A DNA stretch of 64,000 nt. Source: Squalus acanthias (Eukaryota). The stretch spans positions 86,244,001-86,308,000 of the forward strand of contig CM059432.1 in assembly GCA_030390025.1 (NCBI GenBank), in the 5' to 3' direction. The first letter of the stretch is position 1. Each line of letters begins with the position of its first letter. A model generated the notes under the pieces. That model did no database searches. It saw nothing but the letters and a program-made list of their open reading frames with translations, and was not told the origin of the DNA. A program made the translations under genes and the position numbers. Below, piece after piece: positions 24,692 to 37,099 of the stretch.

Positions 24692-26580
24692 ATAAGAACA
24701 TAAGAACATAAGAAATAAGAACATAAGAAGAACATAAGAAATAAGAGCAGGAGTAGGCCATACGGCCCCTCGAGCCTGCTCCGCCATTCAATAAGATCAT
24801 GGCTGATCATCGACCTCAACTCCACTTTCCTGCCCGATCTCCATAACCCTTGATTCCCCTAGAGTCCAAAAATCTATCTATCTCAGCCTTGAATATACTC
24901 AAAGACTCAGCATTCAAAGATTCACAACCCTCTGAGTGAAGAAATTCCTCCTCATCTGTCTTAAATGGCCTACCCCTTATCCTGAGACTATGCCCCCTAG
25001 TTCTAGACACTCCAGCCAGGGGAAAACAACCTCTCAGCATCTACCCTGTCAATCCCCTTCAGAATCTTGTATGTTTCAATGAGATCACCTCTCATTCTTC
25101 TAAACTCCAGAGAGTATAATAGGCCCATTCTGCACAATCTCTCATCATAGGACAGCCCTCTCACCCCAGGAATCAATCTAGTGAACCTTCGTTGCACCGC
25201 CTCCAAGGAAAGTATATCCTTCCTTAGATAAGGAGACCAAAACTGTGCACAGTACTCCAGGTGTGGTCTCACCAAGGCGCTGTACAATTGTAGTAAGACT
25301 TCCTTACTCTTATACTCTAACCTCCTTGCAAAAAAGGCCAACATGCCATTTGCCTTCCTTATTGCTTGCTGTACCTGCATGCTAGCTTTCTGTGTTTCTT
25401 GCACGAGGACACCCAAATCTCTCTGAATACCAACATTTGAAAGTTTCTCACCATTTAAAAAATATTCTGTTTTTCTATTTTTCCTACCAAAGTGAATAAC
25501 CTCACATTTCCCTACATTATACTCCATCTGCCACCTTACTGCCCACTCACTTAGTCTATCTATATCCCTTTGCAGACTCTTTGGGGGTGATTTTGCCAAT
25601 GGGGACGTGATGGAGGCGGGACTGCTGCTTGTCGGGTTTTAGTCCCACCTCCATCGACGTCCGGCCAACCCACGCTATTTTCCCTTGATTGACCTTGTTA
25701 AGCCCGCCAATTAAGGGAAAGCCGGTTACTGGTGACGTCAGCGAGCTTTTGACAGATGAAATGTCAGCATTTGACAGCTCTGTGAAGCTGTCAAACACTG
25801 ACAATCTGTCTTCTAAGTTGAGACCTGGGACACAGGCTTACTTAGAGTTCTCTCCTGAGCAGAAAGCAGAAGGCTGATGCATTTGAGAATGCAGCGTCCA
25901 TTCTGCTTTCTCTGCTGGTGAGATAATGACTCCCGAGACCTGAAGGGTTGAAGCCTGGAGGAAGAAGCAATGGTAAGTAAAGCTTTTAAAACACTTAAGA
26001 CTCACCTCACACACTTGCACCCATCACTCACCTGCACATCGGACATCTCGGCCCCTCCGATCCCTGCAGACCCACGGCTCGCCTCGCTGACCCTGGCAAG
26101 GTTCGGAGCCATCGGGAAGCCCCCACTTTAGGTGGCAAAATAGGGATTATCCAAAAAACTGCCTGTTAATTGGCACTAATCTCCTTCCCGCCTCGAGGAG
26201 GTGGCTCCCAGCGCGGATTGGGTACCCGCCTCCTGGGAAGATGGCATGGAGGCGGGTTGGGAGCGGGTTGGGCACCCGCCCCCAGATTCTGCCATTTTTC
26301 CGGCAGTCCCGCCTCCATACCCGCCTCCCCAGGGCTGGCAAAATCGCCCCTTCTGTGTTCCCCTCACAGCTTACTGTCCCACCTAGCTTTGTATCATCAG
26401 CAAACTTGGATACATTACACTCGGTCCCTTCATCTAGGTCATTACTATAGATTGTAAATAGCTGAGGCCCCAACACTGATCCTTGTGGCACCCCACTAGT
26501 TACAGCCTGCCAAACTGAAAAAGATCCGTTTATCCTTACTTTCTGTTTTCTGTCCTCTATCCATGCTATTATATTACCCC
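24692..26580 (-). mobile_element. CR1 LINE 3' half, interrupted by MITE 25583-26351
   Basis: (ATAAGAAC)n tail; [27 protein letters not shown]. Confidence 0.92.
25583..26351. mobile_element. Harbinger MITE (family A-like)
   Basis: TIRs GGGGGTGATTTTGCC / GGCAAAATCGCCCCT; TSD TTT/TCT; homologous to 58038-58870. Confidence 0.88.
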
Positions 26581-26724
26581 CAATCCCATAGGAGCAGGAA
26601 TTATACCAATATGTGATCAGAGATGGCCTTATCTGTGATTGGAAGTATCGAGGCTACGTGAGATGGCAAGGTCAAGGGGATGGCTGTGAAATGGGAAGGG
26701 GAGTTCATATGGAGGGAGAGACAC

Positions 26725-27510
26725 TTTGGTAGGAAAAATAGAAAAGCAGAGTATTTTTTAAATGGTGAGTGATTGGGAAATATTTAATGTTCACAGGGAC
26801 ATGGGTGTCCTTGTACACGAATCACTGAAAGTTAACATGCAGGTACAGAAAGCAATTAGGAAAGCAAATGGTATGTTAGCCTTTATACAAGAGGATTTGA
26901 GTATGAGAGTAAATACGTCTTACTGCAATTATATAGGGTCCTGGTGAGACCACACCTGGAGTATTGTGTACAGTTTTGGTCTCCTTACCTAAGGAAGGAT
27001 ATACTTGCCATAGAGGGAATGCAACGAAGGTTCACCAGACTGGTTCCTGGGATGGGGGGATTGTCCTATGAGGAGAGATTGAGTAGACTCGGCCTATATT
27101 CTTTTGAGTTTAGAAGAATGAGAGGTGATCTCATTGAAACATACAAAATTCTTACAGGGCTTGACAGGGTAGATGCAGGGAGGATGTTTCCCCAGGCTGG
27201 GGAGTCTAGAACCAGGGGTCACAGTCTCAGAATAAGGGGTCGGCCATTTAGGACTGAGATGAGGAGAAATTTCTTCACTCAAGGGGTGGTGAATCTTTGG
27301 AATTCTCTACCCCAGAGGGCTGTGGAGGCTTAGTCGTTGAGTATATTGATGACAGAGATCGATAGATTTTTGGATATTAAGGGAATCAAGGGATATGGGA
27401 TAGTGCAGGAAAGTGGAGATGAGGTAGAAGATCAGCCATGATCTTATTGAATGGCGGAGCAGGCTCAAAGGGCCAAATGGCCTACTCTTGCTCCTATTTC
27501 TTAAGTTCTT
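26725..27510 (+). mobile_element. CR1 LINE 3' portion
   Basis: RPHLEYCVQFWSP, RRMRGDLIETYKI and CR1 tail. Confidence 0.92.
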
Positions 27511-28124
27511 ATAATGCCTACCGGTTCAGTCGTGCCAAGGAGACAAGGGTCTCATCAAAACATTCAGAGGGATGTGTGGACAGTGCAGTATCAGCATCTG
27601 CAAACTATTGATAAAATTGAAGTACCGGACTGTCCAAAATGTTGTAGGTCTTCTCCACTTCCGTAAGAACACAAAAGACATACACAATAGGAAGTAATCT
27701 CTGTCGTGTCTCCTGACATTTCTGTGCAACAAAGTGGGCAGCGTAATTCATTAATCAAATTGCACACTTCAACTTTAGTATTCTCTCCTTAACAAACGTC
27801 TCTAAGTAACTCGACGCAGCCTCAGACGGCTCATCCGTCCCCGTCAAATCGGGAATCAATTTCTCACTGTCGGCCATATCACTTAGTTTCTTTTGGACAG
27901 CTTCTCTCACAAGCACCATTATGGTTACTATTACTATTGGAAGAGGCTAAAGTTCCTCCACTCCCATCTTGTCGCAAAACGGTTTCCTACCCCCGACATT
28001 AGGTTGCGATCCTTCACTGTCCAGAGTGTTTGAACCAGGGTCTTGCTGTATTCGTCAGATTTGTCATAAATCCAACCCCGATACCTTATGGGTGGTGACG
28101 AGATTCTTTATTGAGGTGCTCAAA

Positions 28125-28475
28125 CCAAGTTGATGCTGAGAGACTGTTTCCCCTGACTGGAGAGTCTAGAACTCGGGGTCATAGTCTCAGAATAAAGGTC
28201 AGCCATTTAGGACTGAGATGAGGAGAAATTTCTTCACTCAAAGAGTTGTGAATCTTTGTAATTCTCTACCCCAGAGGGCTGTGGATACTCATCCATTGCG
28301 AATACGCAAGACTGAGATTGATAGATTTTTGGGTACTAAGGGAATCAAGGGATATGGGGTTATGCGGGAAAGTGGAGTTGATGTAGGAGATCAGCCATGA
28401 TCTTACTGAATGGCAGAGCAGGCTTGATGGGCCATATGGCCTATTCCTGTCCTATTTCTTATGTTCTTATGTTCT
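28125..28475 (+). mobile_element. CR1 LINE 3' end
   Basis: RRNFFTQRVVNL.NSLP; (TTCTTATG)n tail. Confidence 0.9.
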
Positions 28476-29689
28476 AAATTAAGACAATTACAATGCTCGG
28501 GCGATAGTTATAAGAACAGAACAATATTATCCCGTTCCCTTCTTGAGTAGAGTCGTTACCCAACCAATATTTTCTTCTCCTCTGTAGCTTTACCTCTACT
28601 ACTGACCTCTTACAATCACATGTACCTATAGTGGTCTAGTAATCGGTACCAGCCTGACCCTTGTGCCTGGAACTTCAAAATCTGAAGTTGTTTTACCAAC
28701 ATAAGAAGGTCAGGGAAGATAAGGTCAGTCCATCCATTGATTCTGGAGGTGATTTTCTGGTATTTGCCTGGGCACTATGTTATTCTGTATCCAGGAGCTA
28801 ACCATTCCAGGGCAGTGGTATGTTTATCTATTCCTCCACAGTGCTGGTGTATAGTTAGCCACATAGCAAGTTTTAAGTTATTGTTGGCTTTCTCAGATCA
28901 CCGGAAGCAGCATTTTTCGTGTGGGGTCTGAACAGTGGGAAGGTTCAAAGAGGAGCAGGACCAATTTGTTAAAAGAAGTTTCACATTGGAGCTCCACCAA
29001 TCTGTCGCTCAGGAAGGAAGGATGACAAAATGGTGATATATCTCAAGTTAAGTTGTGTATGACTTGAAGGTGACGGTGTTTCCACCACATTGCTGCTCAT
29101 CCTTCTCGGTAGTAGAGGCTGCAGGGGAAGACTGTGCTGTCGAAGTAAGCTTGGTGAGTTGATACAGTGCGTCCTGTAGATTGTACTTTCTACAGTCACG
29201 TTGCACTGGTGATGGAGGGGGTGGATATCGAGGCCAGTGGCAGGTGCACCAATCAAATAAAGTACAATTTAAATGTATGCCCTGAAGTATGGGACTGCAT
29301 GAGGTGCAATGAAGGAATTGTAAGGATGTGTAAGGCTTGGCATAGGTGAGCAGTGAATGTGGAACAGGTGGAGAAGCAATATTTTGTGGCATGATTGTTT
29401 TGGGCTAATCTGCAAGTACATGCTACTGTTGGGTAGCCTCATCTTTTCAGGTTCTTTAAAGTATGGTATGCGTATTGTACAGTAACCCAGAGGACAAAGT
29501 TCAAGTCCCACCATGGAAATTTGTGAAATTTTATTTAATAAAATCTGGTAATTTGTGGGCATCAGAAAAAAAATACCATTAAAAATCCAACTGGTTCACT
29601 ACGGTCCTTTGGGGATACGAACCTGCCACCCCTACTCAGCCTGGAATACAAAGGACCTATGTTCCCTGTAACGTGCACGGGTAGGCAGC

Positions 29690-30270
29690 CACACAGTGAT
29701 CTGTAAGCTCCCGCGCACTTAAATTCACAGGCTGCGCAGTGAGCTCGAGACCTGGAGCAGTGGGATGGGCCCAGCCCAACGAGCGGGAAAAAAACAGTGC
29801 CCTAAACAAAGATGGCGGCCCTATGCGTCCCATAAAGCAGAACTCCCACCCGCATTAAGTTGGCGTCACCCGTGCCCCAGGCAAAGATGGCAGCGTTGCT
29901 CTATCAACAAAGCAGCAGGATCCCCGCCCCGTATAAATATGGCAGCACTCTTGCTCTGGACAGCAAAAGCGGCTCTGGCGCTCCGCACAAAGATGGCTGC
30001 AGGGCCTTTTCCGTCAGGTGGTTTGACGCCATTAAGGTTGCCTTCCCAGAAGTGACGCCTGGTGAGTTGGAGTCGAGCGTCCGGAGGGCAGCAGCTGGAG
30101 GTCCGGTTACCATGGGAGCGAGCGGCGAGGGGAGCAGCCCGGTCGGAGGCCTGCGGGAGCCCGAGCAGCCCAGCATGGTAAGGAGGAGGCTACGGACCCA
30201 CCCGCTGGCAGCACACTTCCTGTCACGTGCGCTCCACGTTAGCGCAGCTCCGCCCGGCACTGGGTGAGCA
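29690..30270 (+). promoter_or_regulatory. CpG-island-like promoter with four YY1-type AAKATGGC motifs
   Basis: CpG-dense non-repeat sequence; motifs at ~29809, 29884, 29936, 29990; splice donors at 30062, 30178, 30264. Confidence 0.6.
30112..30177 (+). CDS. Candidate first coding exon (MGASGEGSSPVGGLREPEQPSM, or only the final ATG)
   Basis: Kozak-like ACCATGG; ATG|GTAAGG donor. Confidence 0.45.
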
Positions 30271-31220
30271 ATGGACTGTCCCAGCTTAAGTCCTGCAAAT
30301 GTTTAGCTGTGCTGTATAGTATTCTGTCTTTGCTTCTGGTCCTGTAAAGTATGGAGCCATCTGGACAGTAGTTTAATCTTTAGAAAGTATTCTAGAGTTG
30401 TGAATAATTTCTGCCTTCCGAGATATAGTGCAGATCCTACATGAGATACAGTGGATATCCTACAGAAGGTGTAATGCAGATCCTGCAGGAGATATAGTGG
30501 GTATCCTACAGGTTCTTCAGTAAGTGATTTACCATGATCGGGGTTAACTGTTAGAACTGAGCTGCTATAACTCAGTGTGGCAGAGAGTAAAAGATGCTGC
30601 TTCTCAGTTCATAAGAGAAGCAGTCTCCTTATGGAAACTGTTGCCAAGCCATTTACATGATGATAAAGTTTTGAAAACCTGAACTTTAACACCTGCATCA
30701 TCTTAATTAACACAGAGTTATGCTGCACCTACCAGGCCCAGCCCAGGCCGCTCCAGACCCTGGGGGTGAAGGGGTATCTCTGGGTACCGGGGGTGAGTTG
30801 GAATATATTTATTTTTAGCTTAACTTTAAAAAAATAATGATCCTGCTCTCTAGACAGTGAGGGGAAGAAATTCGGAATCGCCCCGTTTGGGCGCAATTAT
30901 CAGCTGGGCGCAAAGTTTAGCGCCTGGCGCAAATTATTGCCTCCAACTGCAAACTTGGCTTCTATCGCCCCTGGAGGTGATTGGAGCGCTAAATCAGGTG
31001 CTGCACACCTCTCTTAAGGCGCTAACGCCGAGGAGCGAGGCGCTAACTCAGAGCGCTGGCGAAGCTCAGGTGATGTCAGTTAGCAATGGAACACAGACAC
31101 ACTGGCGCCGGCCAGTTCTTAAAGGAGAGGGTTGATCTTGCTCTCCAGCCACACCCTGCTCATTGCAGCCTTGAATCTCAGCCTGGACAGACCTCAACTT
31201 CAAATCTGCTGCAAGGAACA

Positions 31221-32937
31221 ATGGAGAGGGTCAGGGAACGAGCTCAGCGCCCGGGCCTTGGTGGCTCTGGTTGGTGCAGTGGAGCGCCGAAGACCAATAC
31301 CCTACCCACAGTGTGGCAGGAGGCCATTGCCCCGCGATTATAGAAGAGTGTGGAGGGAGGTGGCTCAGCACGTCTCCTCCAGGAGCATGGTGCCCAGGAC
31401 CCACACACAATGTCGGAAGAAGTTTAATGACCTCACTCGGGTGGTCAGGGTGAGTGGCTGCTTTTCAATACCTCTCCATCCCTCCATCTCAACCTCACTC
31501 TGTGGCCAGAGGGTGTAAAAACCCCAAATGCCCAACACTCATCCCAGACCTATGGTCATCTAATAAAACACACACGCACATTCCACACCTTGCATACATT
31601 AAGGGCTATTCAACTATGGGAGGCACATCAGGCAAGCACATGGCTGCACATTTAGTCAGACGCCGTCCTTTTTCTTGCAGGCCAAGCTATCTCATAACAG
31701 GCGGCAGCAGTAATGGACGGCTAGAGGGCCGCCTCAGCTGCAGACCCTCAGCGATTTGGAGGCGCGTTTCAAACCAGGTGATAAGTCCCGTGGCCGCTGG
31801 AGAGGTTGACCCCCCTTGGGCACAGCAATGGTAAGTTCATCAGCTTTCTCTCCTCTCATTCCACTTGTCCCTCACAAAACCAGTCTTTTACACTTTCAAT
31901 CCAACTTACTAAATCGCTCCAGTCCTTGCTCCCCTGTCCTGACGCTAAAGCCACTCTTGTACCTCCCTGCTTTCAGATGGTGAACCACCAGCTGAGGAGC
32001 CTGGCCCTCAACCAACCAGTGGGAGTGACGCCGCAGGTGAGGAGGAAGAGGAAGCTGAGCCTCAGCACCAGCGTCTCCCGAGGGAGCCCATGCCCACACT
32101 GGGACCACGTCTTCCCTGGAGGGGAGCAGGGGGGAAGGGTCTGATGAGGGTGAAACTCTGGGATCCAGCGGGCTGTAGCAACGCCATGGGGGTAGGGAAG
32201 CTCGGGGGCCATCTCCCTGGAGGGAGAGTAGGCCAGCGAGTCCTGCTGCACTGGACGGAGAGGAGGAGCGGCTCATCGCGGAAATGAACACCCAGGTGGT
32301 GAACATGCACACTCAGCTCATGGGTGCAATGGGAAGGGTGCCCGAAAGCATTGATGGACTGGCAAGGAGTGTGCAGCACAGGCCGATGCAACGCAAGGGC
32401 TTAGTGCTGCAATTCAGTCACTGGCTGCAGTGATCCAATCTCAGACTGCTCTCATGCAGACTCAGATTGAGGTCACGCAAGCACTGACTGCTGCCATCGT
32501 CGCTGGTTCGGCCACATTGCCCCGGGGTTCTCACGGCGCCGCAACAGGCCAGCAATCTGTGCTCGAGCAGATTGCTCCGGATGCTGAGGTGCTGCCCCGT
32601 GGGAGTGCCAGTGTGTCGGTCGAGCAGGGAGGCGCTGTCCTCTCTCAGGATGACAGCATTCCTGCTCCCACCACTGTCATTTCCCCATTCCACTTGTCAC
32701 CGCCAGCAACACAGCCAGCCCAGACTGCTGCCGCCCATGCAGAGTTGGTGCAGTCTGCATTCGGGGCCTCCAGGCCCAGAGCTGGTCAAGGGCGTCCTTC
32801 AAGGGCATCTGTAGTCTCAGCATCTGACATTCAGCAGCCTTGCTGCAGCCACTGGGGCCCCATTACGGAGGAGCAGGAGGGTGGGAAGGGGAGAAGTGCG
32901 CAAGGGATGGAGATCACCCTCGAAGGGCAAAAAGTAG
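31221..32937 (+). pseudogene. Myb/SANT-like gene pseudogene (3 exons)
   Basis: WREVAQHVSSRSMVPRTHTQCRKKFNDLTRVVR; same intron positions as the intact copy; frameshifts. Confidence 0.88.
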
Positions 32938-33248
32938 GAGGTCTAAAGAAATGGTGGGAATGTTTTTATTAAAGGCCGAGGTTCGTCTGATAACTTTTGT
33001 TTAGTGTTTTGGCCATTATCTCCAGCTTGTGAGAACCAGTTATGTTAATTAATGATTTGTGGTGTTTGTTTCTATTAGTTTGTCATGAATAAATGGCACA
33101 CACAGAGTTTGTTAAATAAAAAAGTTGTTGTATTCAAAATGTACATGTTTGGCCCTTGTATCATTGCTGCTTTGGCCGGCTATAGGTGTTGCGGGTTGCT
33201 TTCCATGATGTTGTTCTCCATGCCAGAAGCCATCTTCTGAGCAGGGGC

Positions 33249-34380
33249 CTAGAAGCGGCTTGTTATCAGCCGTTGACGGACAGCCCTTGCAGTTTCAACA
33301 TTGTGGGTCTCCCTCCCGCCTTGGTGCTGCTGCTGATCATCCTCCTCCTCCAGTGGTGCACCAATCCCTGGTGGCATTGGCTGAGTCCTCAGGATTGCCA
33401 AGTTGTGGAGCATGCAGCATCCAACTATGAAGAGGGAGACTCGCTCAGGAGAGTACTGCAGGGCTCCTCCTGAGTGGTCCAGACAGCGGAACCGTTGCTT
33501 GAGCATGCCGATCGTCTGCTCAATTATGTTCCTGGTGGTGATATGGCTCTCATTATACCGCAGTTCGGCAGGGGTGTTGGGGTTACGGATCGGTGTCATC
33601 AGCCAGGTGCAGAGTGGATAACCCTTGTCCCCGAGGAGCCATCCACTTAGCTGATGCGATGCCTGGAAAAGGTCGGCACACCAGTCTGGCGCAGGATGAA
33701 AGCATCGTGGTTGCTGCCAGGATAGCGGGCATTGACGGCGAGTATGAGCTGTCTGTGGTCACAGACCAACTGAACATTTAAGGAGTGGTAGCCCTTGCGG
33801 TTTCGGAAAACCTCTGCATTTTCATGCGGTGCCCGCAATGCCAAATGTGTGCATCAATGGCGCCCTACACCATGGGGAAGCCGGCTATCCTAGCAAAGCC
33901 ACATGCGCGTTCATTCTGTTTGGCCAGGGTCATGGGGAAAGAGATGTACTGGCGTCTCCTTTTATAGAAGCCATTTGTCACCTCCCGGATACAGCAATGG
34001 ACAGCGAACTGGTAGATATTGGCGATGTCCCCAGTAGCTGCTTGAAAGGAGCCGGTGGCATAAAATTTCAGAGCCACTGTCACCTTCACTGCCACTGACA
34101 GAGACGTCCTGGTCCTCAGTTGAGGCTGCAGATCTGGTTACAGCAGGTGGCAGAGCTCAGTGACCACCTCCTTGCTGAAGCGCAGCCTGTGCAAACACTG
34201 CTCCTCAGACAAATGAATGTAGGAGAATTGTTCCCGGAATACCCTGGGAGGGTAAGGTCTCCTGTGCAGATGCTTGTTGGCCCTGCTCCCTCTGGCCATG
34301 TTTTGGCACTCTCTCTCTGCGTCTCTGATGCCTCTGATTCTGAAGGTGCAGGACGACGCCCCGAATCAGTGCAGCCCCCA
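33249..34380 (-). pseudogene. Harbinger transposase pseudogene
   Basis: [45 protein letters not shown] in broken frames. Confidence 0.9.
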
Positions 34381-35365
34381 GTCTCTTCTAAATCGATGCA
34401 AGGAAGGTCAAATCAAAAAGAACCTGCAAAGTGCTGCTCAGTAGCAAAACTCCTTCATACAGTGTTGAATCTCTCCAGAAGTCTCTCTCGCTCTCGCAGA
34501 ATCTCTCTCTCTCTCTCAGAATGCGTGGTGCAAAAATGTCTCCCACAAAAAAAGGCAGGAAGAGGGCGCCTTTAAATAGCGCTCCCCCAGCCCCTTCCCG
34601 ACTGCAAAACGTTCCCCTCAACCTGCTGTTGCTAGCGGCAGGCGGAAAGGAAGGGGGCGCCACTCAATATCCGGTCCGGGGCGCTACTGGGGCGTTGCAC
34701 ACTCGACTGATGTCACGATCTGCGGGCGCAGGAGATTGTGGCGGTAGAGTTTAGCGCCGCCGCAAAATCTCTGGTCAATTTCGCGAGCAGCGCAAACTTC
34801 ACCGTGCCCGGGCGCTACTTGCTTTGCTAACTGGAGGCGCAAAGCAACCGAATTTCTCCCCGAGTGTCTTTGTGAACCTCTTCAGGCAAAACTTTTTTTT
34901 TATGTTTCACATTTCAATGCATGCGGTGTAATGCAGACAAAGATGAGTTGTGGATGTGTAACCCAAGAAGACGGTCCTGAACTGGAAATGTTGATGTGAA
35001 TGAGTGTCTGTTTAAAGCCGAACAATACCAAGGCAGGAGGAGGAGGGAAGCACTTTTTAATCTTAAATTAGGTGGCAGTTCTACAAGAGCTTTTGCTCCC
35101 ATGTGAAGTGGTTTTGGGTGCACTTCAATGAAAACGTGGTGGTATAACCAAAAAGATAATTGAGGGTAATAATAAAGGCATGAGGCAAGAGTCTCATAGG
35201 TGTTTATGTTTGCACTGAGTGCACATTAACTCCAGCTTTAGTTTCTCACCACCTCCCAACAAATGTTGGAAACAAAGTTATTGCTAATGTCTGGTGTACT
35301 AATGAGAATACTTAACAGAACAATTCATTTGGTTCATCAAGTGTTTTCCTTCCACCAACAATATC

Positions 35366-35501
35366 CAGTCTGACGAAGGGTCATCGACCTGAAACATTAA
35401 TTCTGTTTCTCTCTCCACAGATGCTGACTGACCTGCTGAGTATTTCCAGCATTTTCTGTTTTTATTTCAGATTTCCAGTATCTGTAGTATTTTGCTTTTG
35501 T
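35366..35501 (+). mobile_element. Penelope-like element terminal fragment carrying a minimal hammerhead ribozyme core
   Basis: CTGACGA-AGGGTCATCGACCT-GAAAC at 35370-35395; 12-bp direct repeat AATATCCAGTCT at 35360 and 35502. Confidence 0.7.
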
Positions 35502-35561
35502 AATATCCAGTCTATTTGTTTTTGGGATGAGACATTAAATCTGCTCCTGTGGTTCAGATGG

Positions 35562-36010
35562 ATTAATAAGCAACAGCCAGCATGGATTTGTTAAAGGCAA
35601 ATTGTGTCTGACTAACCTGATTGAGTTCTTTGATGCAGTAACAGAGAGGGTTGATGAAGGTAGTGTAGTAGATGTATATATGGACTTTCAAAAGGCATTT
35701 GATGAAGTACCACATAACAGACTTATTTGGAAAATAGAAGCATATAGTATTAAAGGGACGGTGGTAGCTTGGGTACATAATTGGCTACGGGATAGTAGTG
35801 GCTGAGAGTAGTGGTGAACGGATGTTTTTCTGACTGGAGAGAAGTATACAGACGGGTCCCCCAGGGGTCGGTATTAGGACCATTGCTTTACTTGTTATAT
35901 ATAAATGACCTGGACTTGGGTATAGGGAGTACAATTTTGAAGTTTGCAGATGATACAAAACTTGGCAATGTAGTAAATAGTGAGCAGGATAGTAACAGAG
36001 TAGAGGTAGA
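35562..36010 (+). mobile_element. CR1 RT fragment
   Basis: [32 protein letters not shown]. Confidence 0.9.
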
Positions 36011-36477
36011 ATAGGATGTGTAAGACTCTGTCCAGAATGTATACTGAAGTGAGGTTCCCTCTCACTAAACCTCCAGACCTTGACATAATGGCCATCTTGA
36101 TGGTTTGAATGATAATCAATTTAACCTGATGTTTCCTGACTGAATTTACAAAGGAATAGGAGATGACCTGGACAATTTCAGATAGTTAATGTGACCTTGC
36201 TAATAGTTGCTAATGTGTTAGCTTTGGTGCCTCCATTGTTTTGGCCAATCTGCTATTAACACCTCACATGGGATGTTGCTGGCCCGTCTGCTTCGTCCTA
36301 CTCCACCATTGTCCCTACTAATCTCCAATATTAGCATATCCTAAATTAGCATACACTAATGTGGTTTATAAAGCAAAAAAGAGAAACTGATTTTATGATT
36401 TTTAAGAGTTTGTCTGATTGTCTCATGATTTGCGATGGTGGGGTGGCAATATGGCATTACTGTATATATGCTTTGAT

Positions 36478-36549
36478 GTGGTTGTTGTTGTAAAAGTTGT
36501 TGTTGTTGAAAAAGTTGCTGTTGTTGTTGTAAAAGTTGTTGTTGTTGTT
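36478..36549. repeat. Compound (GTT)n microsatellite interrupted by AAAA
   Basis: Direct reading. Confidence 0.9.
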
Positions 36550-36929
36550 ATAAATTTGTCCACGGACAAAAAGGTTGCACTCAAAGGAGTCCGTGGCCCG
36601 CTCAGTACAAAAAAAATTTAGAGGGAACATTGCAAAGGACTCTAGTCCCACAGTACATGGTTGACTTCCAATAATTAGGGTCACCCACTACCCAAGAACA
36701 ATTTTTTTTAATGTTGCGTCGCCCACATCTGTTCCTGAATACTGTACACTGGTATGATGCATTGTTATCTTTTGGGAGGTTGCCCTGGACAATAAATAGA
36801 TCCTCACGCCCACTTTATGCAGCATGTTTACTTTGTCAGCCATCAGACAGGGTCAATGGTTGTTCTAGTGCATCACTTGTCCACAGACTTAAAATTGCTT
36901 TTTATCTATCACTTCTTCCATTTCTGCAG

Positions 36930-36970
36930 GCTGAAAAAATATTCCCCCTCTCCTATGCAACCACTTATCT
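36930..36970 (+). CDS. Candidate internal exon (AEKIFPLSYATTYL in phase 0)
   Basis: Long pyrimidine tract TTCTTCCATTTCTGCAG and GTAAGT donor; phase compatible with the exon ending at 30177. Confidence 0.45.
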
Positions 36971-37099
36971 GTAAGTCCCTGCATGTTCGATGTTTTCATG
37001 CTTTTCAGACCTGGAGGCTGCTTTCGGGCATTCGGTCGTCTTCTTGATGACATTAGCTGGCAAGTTCTCGGTGAACTAGCACACACAAGGAGACCACGT

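Larger units (their letters stand above)
30862..34861. mobile_element. Full-length degraded Harbinger (family B), inverted relative to 17175-21367
   Basis: TIRs GGGAAGAAATTCGG / CCGAATTTCTCCCC; TSD GAG; collinear with the intact copy. Confidence 0.94.

Noticed and set aside
27620..27760. E1A-like or parvoviral zinc finger in an alternative minus frame (CPLCC..CVCLLC)
   Set aside because: Requires a frameshift from the longer frame, has no LxCxE, and could be chance
30420..30512. Degenerate ~23-bp tandem repeat
   Set aside because: Four poor copies; ordinary minisatellite
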